DNA from: a virus
Length of the DNA stretch: 64,000 nt
Virus record (IMG/VR): IMGVR_UViG_3300031754_000001
Location: 32,001-96,000 of that record
Direction: 5' to 3' (one strand)
The position numbers were made by a program, and so were the translations under genes. Position 1 is the stretch's first letter, and each line of letters opens with the position of its first letter. Below are positions 33,201-43,229 of this stretch, piece after piece. The notes below the pieces were generated by a model. It searched no databases, was not told the DNA's origin, and worked only from the letters and a program-made list of their open reading frames with translations.

Positions 33201-36048
33201 CGAGGCCACCCTGGCCAAGGTGCTCGGCATCTCCATGCCAGCGGCGATCGCGATATTCAACGCGGGCCTGCTCGGCAGCACTCAGGTTTCCGGCAACGTT
33301 ACCCAGGCGATCGTCGGCGATTTCCAGCGGCAGCAGAAAGCCGCGGACACGGCCGGCGCTGGTATTAGCGCGTATACCGACGCGATCCGCGGTAACGGCG
33401 TCGATTCCGGCCAGGCTCATTCCGCGCGGGATCAGCTGATCAAGGACATGACCGACGCCGGGGTCAACGCCAGCACCGCATCCACGGACGTGGCCCACTA
33501 CACCGCCGCGGTCCTCGCCAACGGCATCGATTCCAGCCAGGCGGCGTCAGCTCGCGCGCAGCTGATCAGCGACATCCTCGGCGCCAGCAACAACGCCAAG
33601 ACAGGACAGGCAGACCTGGCGACTTACAACCAGATGATCAGGACCAACCAGCAGAACACCGACGCAGGCAAGTCCGCGCGGAACAAGCTGATCCAGGACC
33701 TGGTGAATGCCGGCTTGTCCGCTAAGGACGCTACCGCTCTTGTCCAGGGCCTGCAAACGAATATCGACAAGATGCACGGCACGACCGTCACGATCATCGC
33801 GACGGCCAACGGTACCGGGGAGATCGCGATCACCGGATCCGGCTGGGCGCTCGGGTCCGGCAATATCCGGTTCCACGCCGCGCAAGGCCTGTACGTCAAT
33901 CAGGGTACCGGGCCGACCGCCGACGACGTGCTGATCCGGGCATCTAAGGGCGAGCTGATCGTGCCCGCGAACATAGTCAGTTCCGGTGCGGTGGATAACC
34001 TGCGCGGCAGGATCCCTGGATTCGCCGGCGGCGGCTTCGTCGGCCTGGGATCCATGCTCGCCGGCGTTCCGGGGACGGCGGGCCAGATCGCCGGGGCGGA
34101 CGCGGGCCGGGCGGTGGCGGCCGGCATCACCGAGGCGATGGCCGCGGCGAAGGCAGCGGTAGAAAAAGCTGCCGCTGCCGCGAGCGGCGCGGGCGGCATC
34201 GTCAAGTTCGCCGAGTCGTTCATCGGCAAGATCCCGTACGTGTGGGGCGGAACCTCTCTCGGCCCGGCCGGAGCAGACTGCTCAGGGTTCACGCAAGCCG
34301 TCTACGGCCATTTCGGTATCAGGGCACCCCGTACTAGCGAGGCCCAGGGCGCATGGGTCAAGGTAGGTGCCCCGACGCCAGGTGGCCTGGCCTTTTATCA
34401 CAGCTCGCCGGGCGGCCCCGATCCTGGTCATGTTGCTATTGTGGCTAATGCTAGCAGTGTGGTCTCCCAGGGCGGCGGGATCGGCCCGCAGATGATGGCC
34501 CTCACCGGGCTGCCGCTGCTGTTCACCGGCACGCCGCCGGGCGGGTTCCCGGGCGGATCCGGCGGGACTGCCCCGGCAGGGGTTACCGGGCTGTATTCCC
34601 TTACGCAGCTGGAAGCGCTGTGGGACGCGGCGGGGGGCAACCCGCGGGCCGCGAACAATATGGGCAGGATCGCCCTCGCGGAAAGCGGCGGTAACCCGCG
34701 GGCGTTCAACGCGTCCGGTGCATCCGGGCTGTGGCAGATCCTCGGGCAGGTTGTCGCCGGCAACATATTCGACCCGTTCATCAATGCAGAGAACGCCGTC
34801 TCGAAATACAACTCGTCGGGGTACCTGCCGTGGGTGTCGGATCCGGTGGCCAGCGCTCTGATCGCCTCGGGCCTGACCTACGCGGCTGGCGGCATCGCCG
34901 GGCAGCGGGCGCCTTTCTCCCGGCATGCCCCCGCTGGTCCCGGGATTCCGGGAATGGCGGGCGGCGGTACCACGAGCGCACTGCGCGCAAGGCTGGCCGC
35001 CGAGCAAGCCGGGGAACGCGCCAAGTACTCCGGGCTGGGGCACGCGTTCGCGACCGGGCCGGCGAAGTACCGCACCAGGTCGGTCATGAATGAACTGGCC
35101 ACCCTGGCCAGGCGGCAGACTGCCGAGCAGGCCGCGTACGCATCCCTGTCCGGGGCCGGGCTCACTACCAGTGCCCTGCACCATCTCGGTGCGGAGGCGC
35201 GGGCTGAGCTGCGCACAGCGGGAGATAAGGCGCTGTCCAAGGCGCCGGGCGGCCACCCGGGGTTCGCAGCGGACCTGCGGAAGTACCTCAGCCAGCTGTC
35301 CGCGACGGCGAGCGGCACCGTGGCCGGCGGCGGTACAGCCGGCGCGCTGCCCGCGACGGCGGCCGGCATCGCGGCGCTGCGGAAGTCCCTGGCCGCCGCG
35401 CAGAAAGGCGAGCGGGCCAAGTACTTCGGGCTAGGGCATTCCTTCGCCATCGGCCCGGCAAAGTACCGCACCAAGTCCGTCCTGGGCGAACTGGGTACCC
35501 TGGCCGAACGGCAGGCGGCTGAGACGGCCGCGTACGCGGCCCTGGCCGGATCCGGGCTCACCAGGGCCAGCCTGTCGCATCTCGGCGCGGAAGCGCGGGC
35601 CGAGATGCGCACCGCAGCCGACAAGGGCCTGTCCAAGATGCCGGGCGGGCACCCGCTGTGGGCGCGTGACCTGGGCCGGTTCCTGGCCGCCCTGAGCACT
35701 TTGTCCGGCACGCCGGTACCGGCACCGGGCGGCGGCGGGGGCGGGACGGCGCATCCGCCCAACCCGCCGTGGAACCCGGGCAACCTCGGCCCGTCGCATT
35801 CCGTGCCCGGCGGGGTGCTCACGTTCGACAAGGGCGGCCTGTGGCCATCCGGCACCCTGGGCTGGAACGGGTCGGGCCGCACGGAAACGGTCCTGCCCGG
35901 CGGCGGCGGGGACATGCACCTGCACCTGACCGTGAACGGGCCGGTCGGCAGCCAGGCCGAGCTGGAAGACTGGTACGTCCGCACCGCGAACAAGATGGCC
36001 CGGACGGGCAGGCTGAGCCAGGCGGTCAAGCGGGCGCAGGGTCACTAG
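30145..36048 (+). CDS. Tape measure protein with NlpC/P60 and lytic transglycosylase domains
   Basis: 1967 aa helical; PYVWGG...DCSG, GHV; AESGG...GASGLWQI. Confidence 0.93.
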   Translation: MAGRKLGDVFFVVSPETKYFRAETDAGIKRAIAGMKVTVPVGADARSAIATIDGLQAKMKAVAARLSDLRIGADDKAAEAVIVRLQAKLAALAKAVSAITMTADTTKLDASIAREKAKLEALRLAASDLKMDADSTAAVAKIAALEAQAFHLGKSLDKLTADVDIDRALTKIYAIEAELKVLRSRAEVIRLDADSKAITAAITATEASIADLSHKAADIKLGASIDTGKLLTAEAGLLGIEAAVEKLTPVAVKGDAALGALGAALTGTGTGWGFLTRNIALFGGIFNRVLPMVATSVAVWHVLADAVIEVAAVWIPAGLAVGAFAIAASDAATEIQRRMTAVHTVMDATGQSVPPLTRAMENLHNAVRPQVYQLFGDALTVMNSRTGTFAQVAKQTGTVIDQLAARMVYAVTAGNKLGTSTTQLSGFWKTAITDASKLGDSIGNLFGIFGNLFRAIPGFAAGLLTIGDDFTKILETASAAAIPVLKWVLLLHGYILYTGLAVTGTLAFIGAVANLAKQFVTFAAGSVLAGVGALKAFGSTLVSIGLALAGYVESIIVADGASASFAAALAPLAANPMIWVAAAAVALGGLVYWLVTSKDAAQQFNASMQQTIQNAPLSNVVTVIQQAQASTAAQLAAANVRLAKTTKANSVEQLAAARAGGNANRAYQQAQLSAFQYQQGLQQVNAQAALVNGRVGALSKTYGGNTAALGILNAAGITTTQITDTNAVHWAQALIQVNSTIAAYQAMGIQAGVLGNDLDVLGRTVTDQYAAVQKLNQAWGSFISDVTGTQGSFDTVAQGFSTLDDHSGNLILRLGKLRVSYKDSQAAIDSLTPAGVALNQAFGDQVVNIDKLFSSWRTAGVAGNLFNQGVAAAIAPMEKYAVGSQEATAQLIALAQEAGYQGPVSLQAMNKYLGISNKMLGDTAGATQKVKDVTNQATVQEALLTGAMQSQGAVIANQLIGDINSAILAYDGVAKAAAGYGTAIAQYGKGSSQANTAQRTLTDSIIKAGLASNSTAGQIEATLAKVLGISMPAAIAIFNAGLLGSTQVSGNVTQAIVGDFQRQQKAADTAGAGISAYTDAIRGNGVDSGQAHSARDQLIKDMTDAGVNASTASTDVAHYTAAVLANGIDSSQAASARAQLISDILGASNNAKTGQADLATYNQMIRTNQQNTDAGKSARNKLIQDLVNAGLSAKDATALVQGLQTNIDKMHGTTVTIIATANGTGEIAITGSGWALGSGNIRFHAAQGLYVNQGTGPTADDVLIRASKGELIVPANIVSSGAVDNLRGRIPGFAGGGFVGLGSMLAGVPGTAGQIAGADAGRAVAAGITEAMAAAKAAVEKAAAAASGAGGIVKFAESFIGKIPYVWGGTSLGPAGADCSGFTQAVYGHFGIRAPRTSEAQGAWVKVGAPTPGGLAFYHSSPGGPDPGHVAIVANASSVVSQGGGIGPQMMALTGLPLLFTGTPPGGFPGGSGGTAPAGVTGLYSLTQLEALWDAAGGNPRAANNMGRIALAESGGNPRAFNASGASGLWQILGQVVAGNIFDPFINAENAVSKYNSSGYLPWVSDPVASALIASGLTYAAGGIAGQRAPFSRHAPAGPGIPGMAGGGTTSALRARLAAEQAGERAKYSGLGHAFATGPAKYRTRSVMNELATLARRQTAEQAAYASLSGAGLTTSALHHLGAEARAELRTAGDKALSKAPGGHPGFAADLRKYLSQLSATASGTVAGGGTAGALPATAAGIAALRKSLAAAQKGERAKYFGLGHSFAIGPAKYRTKSVLGELGTLAERQAAETAAYAALAGSGLTRASLSHLGAEARAEMRTAADKGLSKMPGGHPLWARDLGRFLAALSTLSGTPVPAPGGGGGGTAHPPNPPWNPGNLGPSHSVPGGVLTFDKGGLWPSGTLGWNGSGRTETVLPGGGGDMHLHLTVNGPVGSQAELEDWYVRTANKMARTGRLSQAVKRAQGH

Positions 36049-36051
36049 CCG

Positions 36052-39000
36052 ATGGCCACGTTTCCCGGCAAGCCCCCCAACCCCCTCGGCGTCAAGGTCG
36101 AGCTGAGCCTGAACTCAGTCTGGACCGACATCACCGTCTACGTGATGCTCCGGGATCTCATCACGATCTCGAACATGGGCCGCGCTGACGAATCGGCCAG
36201 CATCACCGCGTCCCAGCTCACCCTCACCCTGAGAAACGACGGCCGGTTCACGCCCAAAAACGCGAGCGGCGCCTATTACCCGTATATCGTCCGCAACACC
36301 CAGATCCGCGTGTCGGTCAACGCGACCAGCCTGACAGGGGTGGCCTACAGCCAGTACCGGTATTCCGGGGAGATCGCCTCCTGGCCGCCCAGCTTCGACA
36401 TCAGCCAGCGGGACACCTTCGTGCAGGTCACCGCATCCGGGATCTGGCGGCGCATCTCGGCGAATCAGGCGAATATCGGCAGCGCCTACGCGCGGTACGT
36501 CAGCCTGCAGACCGGCACGCTGGTCCCGGCCGCGTACTGGGCCATGGAAGACGGCACCAACACCACCGGGTTCGTGCTGTCCGAGGGCACCGGGACCAAC
36601 TTCATAGCGACCGGCACGCCGTCTTACGCCGCCGACAACACCAGCTTCGCCGGGTCCAACGCGATCCCCCAGCTCAACACCGCCCGGCTGGCCGGGAATG
36701 TCTCCTCGGGTGCTACGCCGACGAACAACGTGGTCCAGTTCGCGCTGAGCGTCCCGGCCGCCGGGGACAGCACGGGCATCACTTACGCGGCCGGATCCGA
36801 GCTGTGCAAGATCCTGTCCGGCGGCACCATCGGCCGGATCGATATCTCGCTGATCGCCAACCAGCTTCATATCGCCGGGTACCTGACCTCAGCCGGCGGC
36901 ACTGCCCAGTTCTCCGGCACCGTCACGACCAAGGTCAACGGGGTCCCGGTGCTGGTGAGCGTGGAGATCACCCCGAGCGGCGGCAGCATCAACTGGGCGC
37001 TGCGGATCATCAAGCCGGGCGCCGGGTCGGTGCTGGACCAGGTGACCGGCACCCGCGCCGCCAGCTCGATCGCGGCGGTCACCCAGGTCCAGCTCAACGG
37101 CCAGGGCCGGCTGACCGACACCGCCTGCGGTCAGCTCGGCGTGTTCTACGCGGTGCCCACCCTGGTTTCCTCTGCTTTCGCGATCGGCGGGAACGCCGGG
37201 GAAGGCGCCGTGACCCGGTTCAGCCGGCTGTGCGCCGAGTCGAACATTCCCGCCACGGTCATCGGATCCGGCGGCGCCGCGATGGGGCCGCAGGCCGATG
37301 GCACGATGGCCAGCGTCCTGCAGAGCATCGAGGACGCGGACGGCGGGCTGCTGTACGAGACAAGAGACACCTTCGGCCTCGGCTACCGGACGCTGGCCTC
37401 GATGCAGAACCAGTCCGCCGCGGTGTCGTTCGCCTTCACCGCCGGCGTGCTCGGAGCCCCGCTGGTCCCGACGTACGATGACCAGCTCGTCGTCAACCAG
37501 TGGATGGTCACCAACTGGGACGGCTACGCGGCGCTGGCTCAGCTCACCTCCGGGGCCATCTCCGTCCTGCCGCCGCCGAACGGGGTGGGCAGCGGGTACT
37601 CCAGGTCCAAGACGATCAACGCGAGCACGCACGCCCAGGTCAACGCCATCGCCCAGCAGCTCCTGTTCGAGGGCACCGTCGATGACCTGCGCTTCCCGGT
37701 CGTCACGTTCAACTTCCAGCGTGCCCAGGCAGCCCCGTTCTTCGCCTCGGTTCCCGGCCTGCGGATCGGGGACTACCTGTCCGTCTCGTCCCTGCCCGGC
37801 TACCTCGGCGGCGGCACCGCCAAACAGCTCATCTGGGGCTATACCGAGCGGATGGGCGGCGAGATACCCGGCTGGACCATCGACTACAACACGATCAACG
37901 AAGCCCCGTTCGAGACCGCGTTCTCCCCCGGCGTGTTCTCAGTCACCCAGGTCCCGGCCGGAGCCGTTGCCGCCGGCAGTTCCGTGGGCAGCTCGGTGTC
38001 CGGGGCTCAGCTCGGGGCCGGGTCCGTGCCCGCCACCGCCCTGTCCAACACGATCACCGCGCGCACGATCGGGGGCACGCTCCAGATCATCGGCCCGGCC
38101 ACGCCATATGACTGGACGTTCGCCGTTTCCGGGACCCCGGCGGACGTCAATTACTTCATCTGCACCCAGGATCAGTCGCTTCCCATCGCGGTCGGGGATA
38201 CGTTCACCAACTCCGGCGGCCTCGGCGGCCCGTTCACGATCACCTCGGTCGATTCGCCGGCCGGCGGCAACGTCACCGTGCATTTCACCCCGGCCGCCAG
38301 CTCGGTCATGAGCACGGGCACGCTGACCGGCGGGAAGAACGGCGACCAGTGGATCAACTCCTCCGGCGGCAACCAGCTCAGCCAGTGGGCGGCGGGCGCG
38401 TGGACGCCGATCACCTGGGACGGCACGGCCGTGATCAACGCGGGCACGATCACCGCGACCCAGATCCTCGCCGGGACGATCACCGCGACGCAGATCGCGG
38501 CCGGGATCATCATCGCCGGGGTGGTCAACGGCACCACCATCACGGGCGCGACCATCATCGCGGACGGCGCGTCGGGGGAGTTCCTGGCCTATTCCGGGTC
38601 CCCGGCGACCGGGAACCTGATCGTGTCAGTATCCGGGGCAGCGGGCACGGACGGGTTCAGCAATGCCTACGCCCAGGGCCTGGAAGTCCACCTGGGCGGC
38701 ATCGTCCTGGACAACCAGTCATCCGGGCCGACCGCCGTGACCGGTGCCAGCGTCCTGTATTCCAGCACCGCGGGGCGTCCCCGGTACCTGTCGCAATCCG
38801 GGTCAGACTCGATCCTGCAGCGCTCCGGGACGAACGTATCCCAGTTCACGGTCGGGAACACCGCGACGAACACGATCATCTCCGCGCCGCTGGCCTACTT
38901 CGCCAATGAGGGCAACCAGAACAGCGAGTTCGAGATCCAGATCGACGGGACCGCCACCGGGGGGACATCCGGCCAGAACCTGAACTTCGCCCTGTTCTCG

Positions 39001-39351
39001 GACGGAGTGCAGATAGGCGGCGCGTTCACTGTCGGCAGCGGGATCATCGGTGCCGGCATCACCGCGGGCAAGGGATTCGGGTACACGATCCGGTTCCGGC
39101 TGACCGTTCTCACGACCGGAGCCGGGGGGACGGCCAACACCGCGTCCGATGGCGTTTTCTACATAACCGCCACCAACTTCGGCAACAACACGGCCTCGAT
39201 CGGCAACCAGACCCCGGTGGGAGCGGTCGGCCCCGGCAAGGCGTTCGACACGACCAGCGCGCACACGCTCCAGGCGTACGCCAGCTGGGGGGCCACCAGT
39301 ACCGGCCAGGCGCTGACCACCTACACCACCAGGCTGACCCGCAGGAACTAA
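36052..39351 (+). CDS. Large minor tail (hub/fibre) protein
   Basis: WTDIT, GRADE, L.N.DGRFTP.N..G.YYP; LamG-like AYW.MED; GTITATQI repeats. Confidence 0.82.
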   Translation: MATFPGKPPNPLGVKVELSLNSVWTDITVYVMLRDLITISNMGRADESASITASQLTLTLRNDGRFTPKNASGAYYPYIVRNTQIRVSVNATSLTGVAYSQYRYSGEIASWPPSFDISQRDTFVQVTASGIWRRISANQANIGSAYARYVSLQTGTLVPAAYWAMEDGTNTTGFVLSEGTGTNFIATGTPSYAADNTSFAGSNAIPQLNTARLAGNVSSGATPTNNVVQFALSVPAAGDSTGITYAAGSELCKILSGGTIGRIDISLIANQLHIAGYLTSAGGTAQFSGTVTTKVNGVPVLVSVEITPSGGSINWALRIIKPGAGSVLDQVTGTRAASSIAAVTQVQLNGQGRLTDTACGQLGVFYAVPTLVSSAFAIGGNAGEGAVTRFSRLCAESNIPATVIGSGGAAMGPQADGTMASVLQSIEDADGGLLYETRDTFGLGYRTLASMQNQSAAVSFAFTAGVLGAPLVPTYDDQLVVNQWMVTNWDGYAALAQLTSGAISVLPPPNGVGSGYSRSKTINASTHAQVNAIAQQLLFEGTVDDLRFPVVTFNFQRAQAAPFFASVPGLRIGDYLSVSSLPGYLGGGTAKQLIWGYTERMGGEIPGWTIDYNTINEAPFETAFSPGVFSVTQVPAGAVAAGSSVGSSVSGAQLGAGSVPATALSNTITARTIGGTLQIIGPATPYDWTFAVSGTPADVNYFICTQDQSLPIAVGDTFTNSGGLGGPFTITSVDSPAGGNVTVHFTPAASSVMSTGTLTGGKNGDQWINSSGGNQLSQWAAGAWTPITWDGTAVINAGTITATQILAGTITATQIAAGIIIAGVVNGTTITGATIIADGASGEFLAYSGSPATGNLIVSVSGAAGTDGFSNAYAQGLEVHLGGIVLDNQSSGPTAVTGASVLYSSTAGRPRYLSQSGSDSILQRSGTNVSQFTVGNTATNTIISAPLAYFANEGNQNSEFEIQIDGTATGGTSGQNLNFALFSDGVQIGGAFTVGSGIIGAGITAGKGFGYTIRFRLTVLTTGAGGTANTASDGVFYITATNFGNNTASIGNQTPVGAVGPGKAFDTTSAHTLQAYASWGATSTGQALTTYTTRLTRRN

Positions 39352-39368
39352 CCGCATGCCAGGAGAAT

Positions 39369-39794
39369 ATGGTGACCACGAACCTGCCCGCGCTGGGCAC
39401 TACCACGCACGTATCCAGCGTCACCTACGCGTGCACGTTCGCGCCGACCACCGCGGGCGGCGGGACGGTGATGTTCTCGGTCCCGCAGCCGGTGCAGTTC
39501 CTGTTTACGTTCGACACCGGCCGTACCCAGCCCGACCCGGCCGTCGACCTGTTCAACGTGGTGACGGATTCCTCCTGGTTCGACCAGACCACGGAGGAGG
39601 CGAACATCAGGGCCGCGCTCAACACGATCTGCACGACGATCGGCACGCTGCTCGGCGTCACCCAGGCCGCCATCCAGGCCACGGTCACGGTCCGGCGGAC
39701 ATGGCGGATCGCGGCGAACCAGGCGGGCACCGCCGCGCCCGTGCAGATTCCCGCGTCCCCGGTCGCCTACACCGAGATCATGGCCTACCCGTAG
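39369..39794 (+). CDS. Hypothetical tail-associated protein
   Basis: RBS AGGAG, good codon usage. Confidence 0.7.
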   Translation: MVTTNLPALGTTTHVSSVTYACTFAPTTAGGGTVMFSVPQPVQFLFTFDTGRTQPDPAVDLFNVVTDSSWFDQTTEEANIRAALNTICTTIGTLLGVTQAAIQATVTVRRTWRIAANQAGTAAPVQIPASPVAYTEIMAYP

Positions 39795-39883
39795 CACCCT
39801 GCCGCTCCGGGCACAATAGAACCAGGCGTACCCGCGGCCGTCCTGGAGCCGGGATCACTGTCCCAGTCTCAGGGGAGCGGGCG

Positions 39884-40735
39884 ATGGCTGACGGCGAGGA
39901 CGAGCGCGCGTACGGCGGCGGTCCCGGGCGCACTCCCGGCGGCGGCTGGGTGCCCGTCCCCGACCCGACCACGCTCACCACCGAGGCAGTCGAGCGGGCC
40001 ACCGGGGTATTCCGGCGAGAGCTGCAGGCGCTCCGCGAGACCCTGGAAACCCGGCTGGACGCCGCCGACGCCGACCGCACCCGGATCTGGGAACGGCTCC
40101 GGGACCTGCCGGCCCTGTACGAGGTCGCCGCCTCTCATCTCCGGGATGAGATGATCCAGCGGGACGAGCACACCCGCGAGGTCATCACCCAGCGACTCAA
40201 CGACCTGGACGCCGCCGCCTCCGTTGCCGCCGGGCACATCGAGAAGATCCCCGTCGACCTGACCGGGGACTTCCGCAAGGCCCTGCACGCCGAACGAGAG
40301 TACCTGACCAGCCAGCTGGATATCGTCCGCGCGATCATGACCGAGAAATTCACCGCGGTCGACGGCCGGTTCGGGGAGTCCAAGGTAGCCGTGGATGCGG
40401 CGTTCTCCGCGGCGAAGGAAGCGGTAGCCGAGCAGAACAGGAGCAATGACCGGGCCATCACCATCGCCCAGTCCGGGACGAAAGAACAGCTCACCGCGCT
40501 GAGCAGCGTGACCGATGCCGGCCTGGGCGCGCTGACAGACAAGATCACCGACGCGCGGGACCGGCTGACCGCGATCGAGAACCTGACCCGGGGCATTAAG
40601 GAGGCCGGCGGGGAGGGCCGCGAGAGCCGCACAGAGCAGAAGCTGGGCACCGCCCAGGTCCTGCAGACGGCGGCCCTGATCATCGTGGGCCTCGGCGTCG
40701 TCATCTCGGTTATCGCCCTGATACTCCATAAGTGA
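39884..40735 (+). CDS. Coiled-coil protein with C-terminal TM helix (lysis-locus type)
   Basis: PVPDPT.LTTE, AVDAAF.AAKEAV.EQN motifs. Confidence 0.75.
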   Translation: MADGEDERAYGGGPGRTPGGGWVPVPDPTTLTTEAVERATGVFRRELQALRETLETRLDAADADRTRIWERLRDLPALYEVAASHLRDEMIQRDEHTREVITQRLNDLDAAASVAAGHIEKIPVDLTGDFRKALHAEREYLTSQLDIVRAIMTEKFTAVDGRFGESKVAVDAAFSAAKEAVAEQNRSNDRAITIAQSGTKEQLTALSSVTDAGLGALTDKITDARDRLTAIENLTRGIKEAGGEGRESRTEQKLGTAQVLQTAALIIVGLGVVISVIALILHK

Positions 40736-40836
40736 GCACGGTCAGGTCCAGGTGTCACGCATAGTTACCAGTATCGCCGGCCAGCTCAGCGTATGATCAT
40801 GACCGGGTGACAACCTGGCAACCGGGAGGGATGCTG

Positions 40837-41151
40837 ATGGCTAAGCTGCCTGTCACGCTCCACCCGGTGACCAACCCGACCGGTTACATGGCCACGGCCA
40901 GCGCGGTCTACGCCGCCGCGGTCATGATCTACAACGCCCTTCACCATCACGGCGTCATCGACGTCCCGGTGATCATCGCGGCCGTCACCCTGGCCAGCTC
41001 GCTGCTGACTCACCAGGTCGTCACCCCGGTAGCCCTGCCGAGAGACGGCAACGGCAACCCGCTGGTACCCGCTCCCGCTGCCCCGGCTCTCCCAGCCGGC
41101 AGCGGGAGCGCCGCGGGCGTAGCCGGGGCGGCACCGAGCGCGCAGCCATGA
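40837..41151 (+). CDS. Holin-like protein
   Basis: Two hydrophobic segments followed by QVVTPV..PRD..G. Confidence 0.7.
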   Translation: MAKLPVTLHPVTNPTGYMATASAVYAAAVMIYNALHHHGVIDVPVIIAAVTLASSLLTHQVVTPVALPRDGNGNPLVPAPAAPALPAGSGSAAGVAGAAPSAQP

Positions 41152-41314
41152 CCATGACCCGGCAGGAGTTCGAGGCTTACTGGGCCGTCAATTCCGGGCT
41201 CACTGTCTCTGCCGTCCGGGAACTGGGATTCCATGCCGAGTCCTGTGATTGCGGCGATAGCACGTGCCTGGGTTGGGTGATGACCCACTATCAGGAATCC
41301 GCACGGAGGATAAC

Positions 41315-41896
41315 GTGAACACGCCCGTCAGCACCCTGCAGCCCGGAATTTTCGGGGTTAGTCACGGATCCGGGCTGGGCGGCATGGTCATCCGGGACGC
41401 CACCGGCAGCTGGGCCGGGCACGCCTTCCTGTACCTGGGCAACGGCATGATGGTGGAAGGCGCCCCGCCCGAGGCCCGGATCGTGCCGGCGGGTAAGTAC
41501 GATGACGCGATCTGGGCCTGGCGGATGTGGGATGAGCTGAAGACAGCCCGCGGCTGGACGGATGACGCCGGGACAGCAGCCCAGCTGGCTGTCGTCGCCC
41601 GCGGTCACGGCCTGGTCGGAACCGGGTACGACTGGCCTGCTTACATCGGCTTCGCCGCCGAGGTCGCGCACCTGCGTAATGGCGTTCAGCTTGACCCGGC
41701 GTTCTCCCACGACAGTTACCGGGTGTGCAGCGCGCTGGTCGCGGACGCGGAGGAGTTCGGCGGCGTGCCGCTCAATTTCGTGCCCGAGGACGGTCCCGGG
41801 CTGATCGCCAGTCCCGGCACCCGGGTGGCCATGCCAGTCAATCTCGTTGCCCCGGGCATGCTGCTCGGAATAGCACAGCGTAATGACTGGTGCTGA
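41315..41896 (+). CDS. Permuted papain-like (YiiX/YaeF) amidase
   Basis: His (HAFLYLG) precedes Cys (VCSALV); G.GYDW. Confidence 0.8.
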   Translation: MNTPVSTLQPGIFGVSHGSGLGGMVIRDATGSWAGHAFLYLGNGMMVEGAPPEARIVPAGKYDDAIWAWRMWDELKTARGWTDDAGTAAQLAVVARGHGLVGTGYDWPAYIGFAAEVAHLRNGVQLDPAFSHDSYRVCSALVADAEEFGGVPLNFVPEDGPGLIASPGTRVAMPVNLVAPGMLLGIAQRNDWC

Positions 41897-41947
41897 ACTG
41901 GGCGTAATCCCTGACGGCCCGGGGCGGTCATGCTACGTTCGGAAAGC

Positions 41948-42214
41948 ATGACCACTGCTAACGGAACCGATCCGGTCACCGGCCCGCTGAAAATCCTTCT
42001 CGGCAGCACTGATTCAGAGCTGTCTACCAGGGATATTGCCCGGCAGCTGCACGTCAGCCAGACGACCATCGTCCGGCGGCTAGAGCAGGCCCGGCAGATC
42101 TGGGACCGCACCCGGCGGCGAGATTTCTGGCGAGACGTGATGTATGCCCTGCTCACGGTATCCGCGGTCATCGCCGCGGTGTCGCTGGCCGTGATAGCGG
42201 CGACTCAGCCCTGA
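41948..42214 (+). CDS. HTH protein with C-terminal TM helix
   Basis: LSTRDIARQLHVSQTTIVRRL then hydrophobic helix. Confidence 0.7.
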   Translation: MTTANGTDPVTGPLKILLGSTDSELSTRDIARQLHVSQTTIVRRLEQARQIWDRTRRRDFWRDVMYALLTVSAVIAAVSLAVIAATQP

Positions 42215-42329
42215 CTCAGGAGCGCATTTTCCGCGGTTCATCCCGGCCGTAAATAGGTTCAGCGCCGTTATTGCCCGGCGAGACCGGCGCGTGCCAGGCT
42301 TCCCGGCGTCGCCACTGCCGGGAGATCAC

Positions 42330-43229
42330 ATGCGCCATTGCGCCGCGGGCCGTCACGCACGGTACCGCACACCCACGTCATTCCCGTCCTCGCTGATCGC
42401 CGCCATGGCCGCGCTCGCGATGGTCCTCGCGATCGGGAGCGCAACCGGTACCTTCGCCTCGGCGGGTGCCCGGCCGCTCGCCGCGCTTGCCGTCCGGGCA
42501 CCGGAGACCAGCAGTGGCGTGAGCGCGGCCATGGCCAGGACCCGTATCACCCAGATGACGATGGCGGCCAGGATAGTCGCCGGGGCCGCCACTGCCGCGC
42601 AGGCCGCCGCGCGTACGTACACGGTCCGGGCCGGCGACACCCTGTCCGGCATCGCGGTGCGGCTGTGCGGCCCGGCTAACGACTGGACGGGCATCTACGC
42701 TGCCAGCAGGGCCGTGATCGGCGCGGACCCGAACCTGATTACCGCCGGGCAGCGGCTTACCGTCCGGTGCACCGATCCGCCCGCCCTGCTGCGCCTGGGC
42801 CGCAATCCCGCCCGGCATGCCGTTTCCGGGACTGCCGTCATCCGGGCCGGCCGTTACGGCCATCCGTACTACTGCGGCGACGGCGACGGCGACGGGTGGG
42901 ACAGGCCCTGCCGCGGCACCGCGCCCGCTGTCACGGTCCGGCCCGCCGGGATCATCTCCTACAGCGGCACCTATTCTTACGCCGGCCTGGAAGCACTCTG
43001 GGAGTCAGCCGGCGGCCCGGACTGGGCAGCACCGCATGCCGCGGAAATCGCCGACTGCGAATCCGGCGGCCGGGTTAACGCGTATAACCCGAGCGGCGCG
43101 ACCGGTCTCTGGCAGATCCTCGGCTCCGTCGTTGCCGGAAGCCTGTATAACCCGTACGTCAACGCGCTCAACGCAGTCGCGAAATTCCGGGCTAGCGGTG
43201 ACACCTTCGCGCAGTGGGTGTGCCAGTGA
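42330..43229 (+). CDS. Secreted LysM + lytic transglycosylase protein
   Basis: YTVRAGDTLSGIA...IGADPNLI..GQ.L; CESGG...GATGLWQI. Confidence 0.88.
   Translation: MRHCAAGRHARYRTPTSFPSSLIAAMAALAMVLAIGSATGTFASAGARPLAALAVRAPETSSGVSAAMARTRITQMTMAARIVAGAATAAQAAARTYTVRAGDTLSGIAVRLCGPANDWTGIYAASRAVIGADPNLITAGQRLTVRCTDPPALLRLGRNPARHAVSGTAVIRAGRYGHPYYCGDGDGDGWDRPCRGTAPAVTVRPAGIISYSGTYSYAGLEALWESAGGPDWAAPHAAEIADCESGGRVNAYNPSGATGLWQILGSVVAGSLYNPYVNALNAVAKFRASGDTFAQWVCQ

Noticed and set aside
42214-42330. c-di-AMP (ydaO) riboswitch before the LysM hydrolase
   Set aside because: Consensus motifs not found
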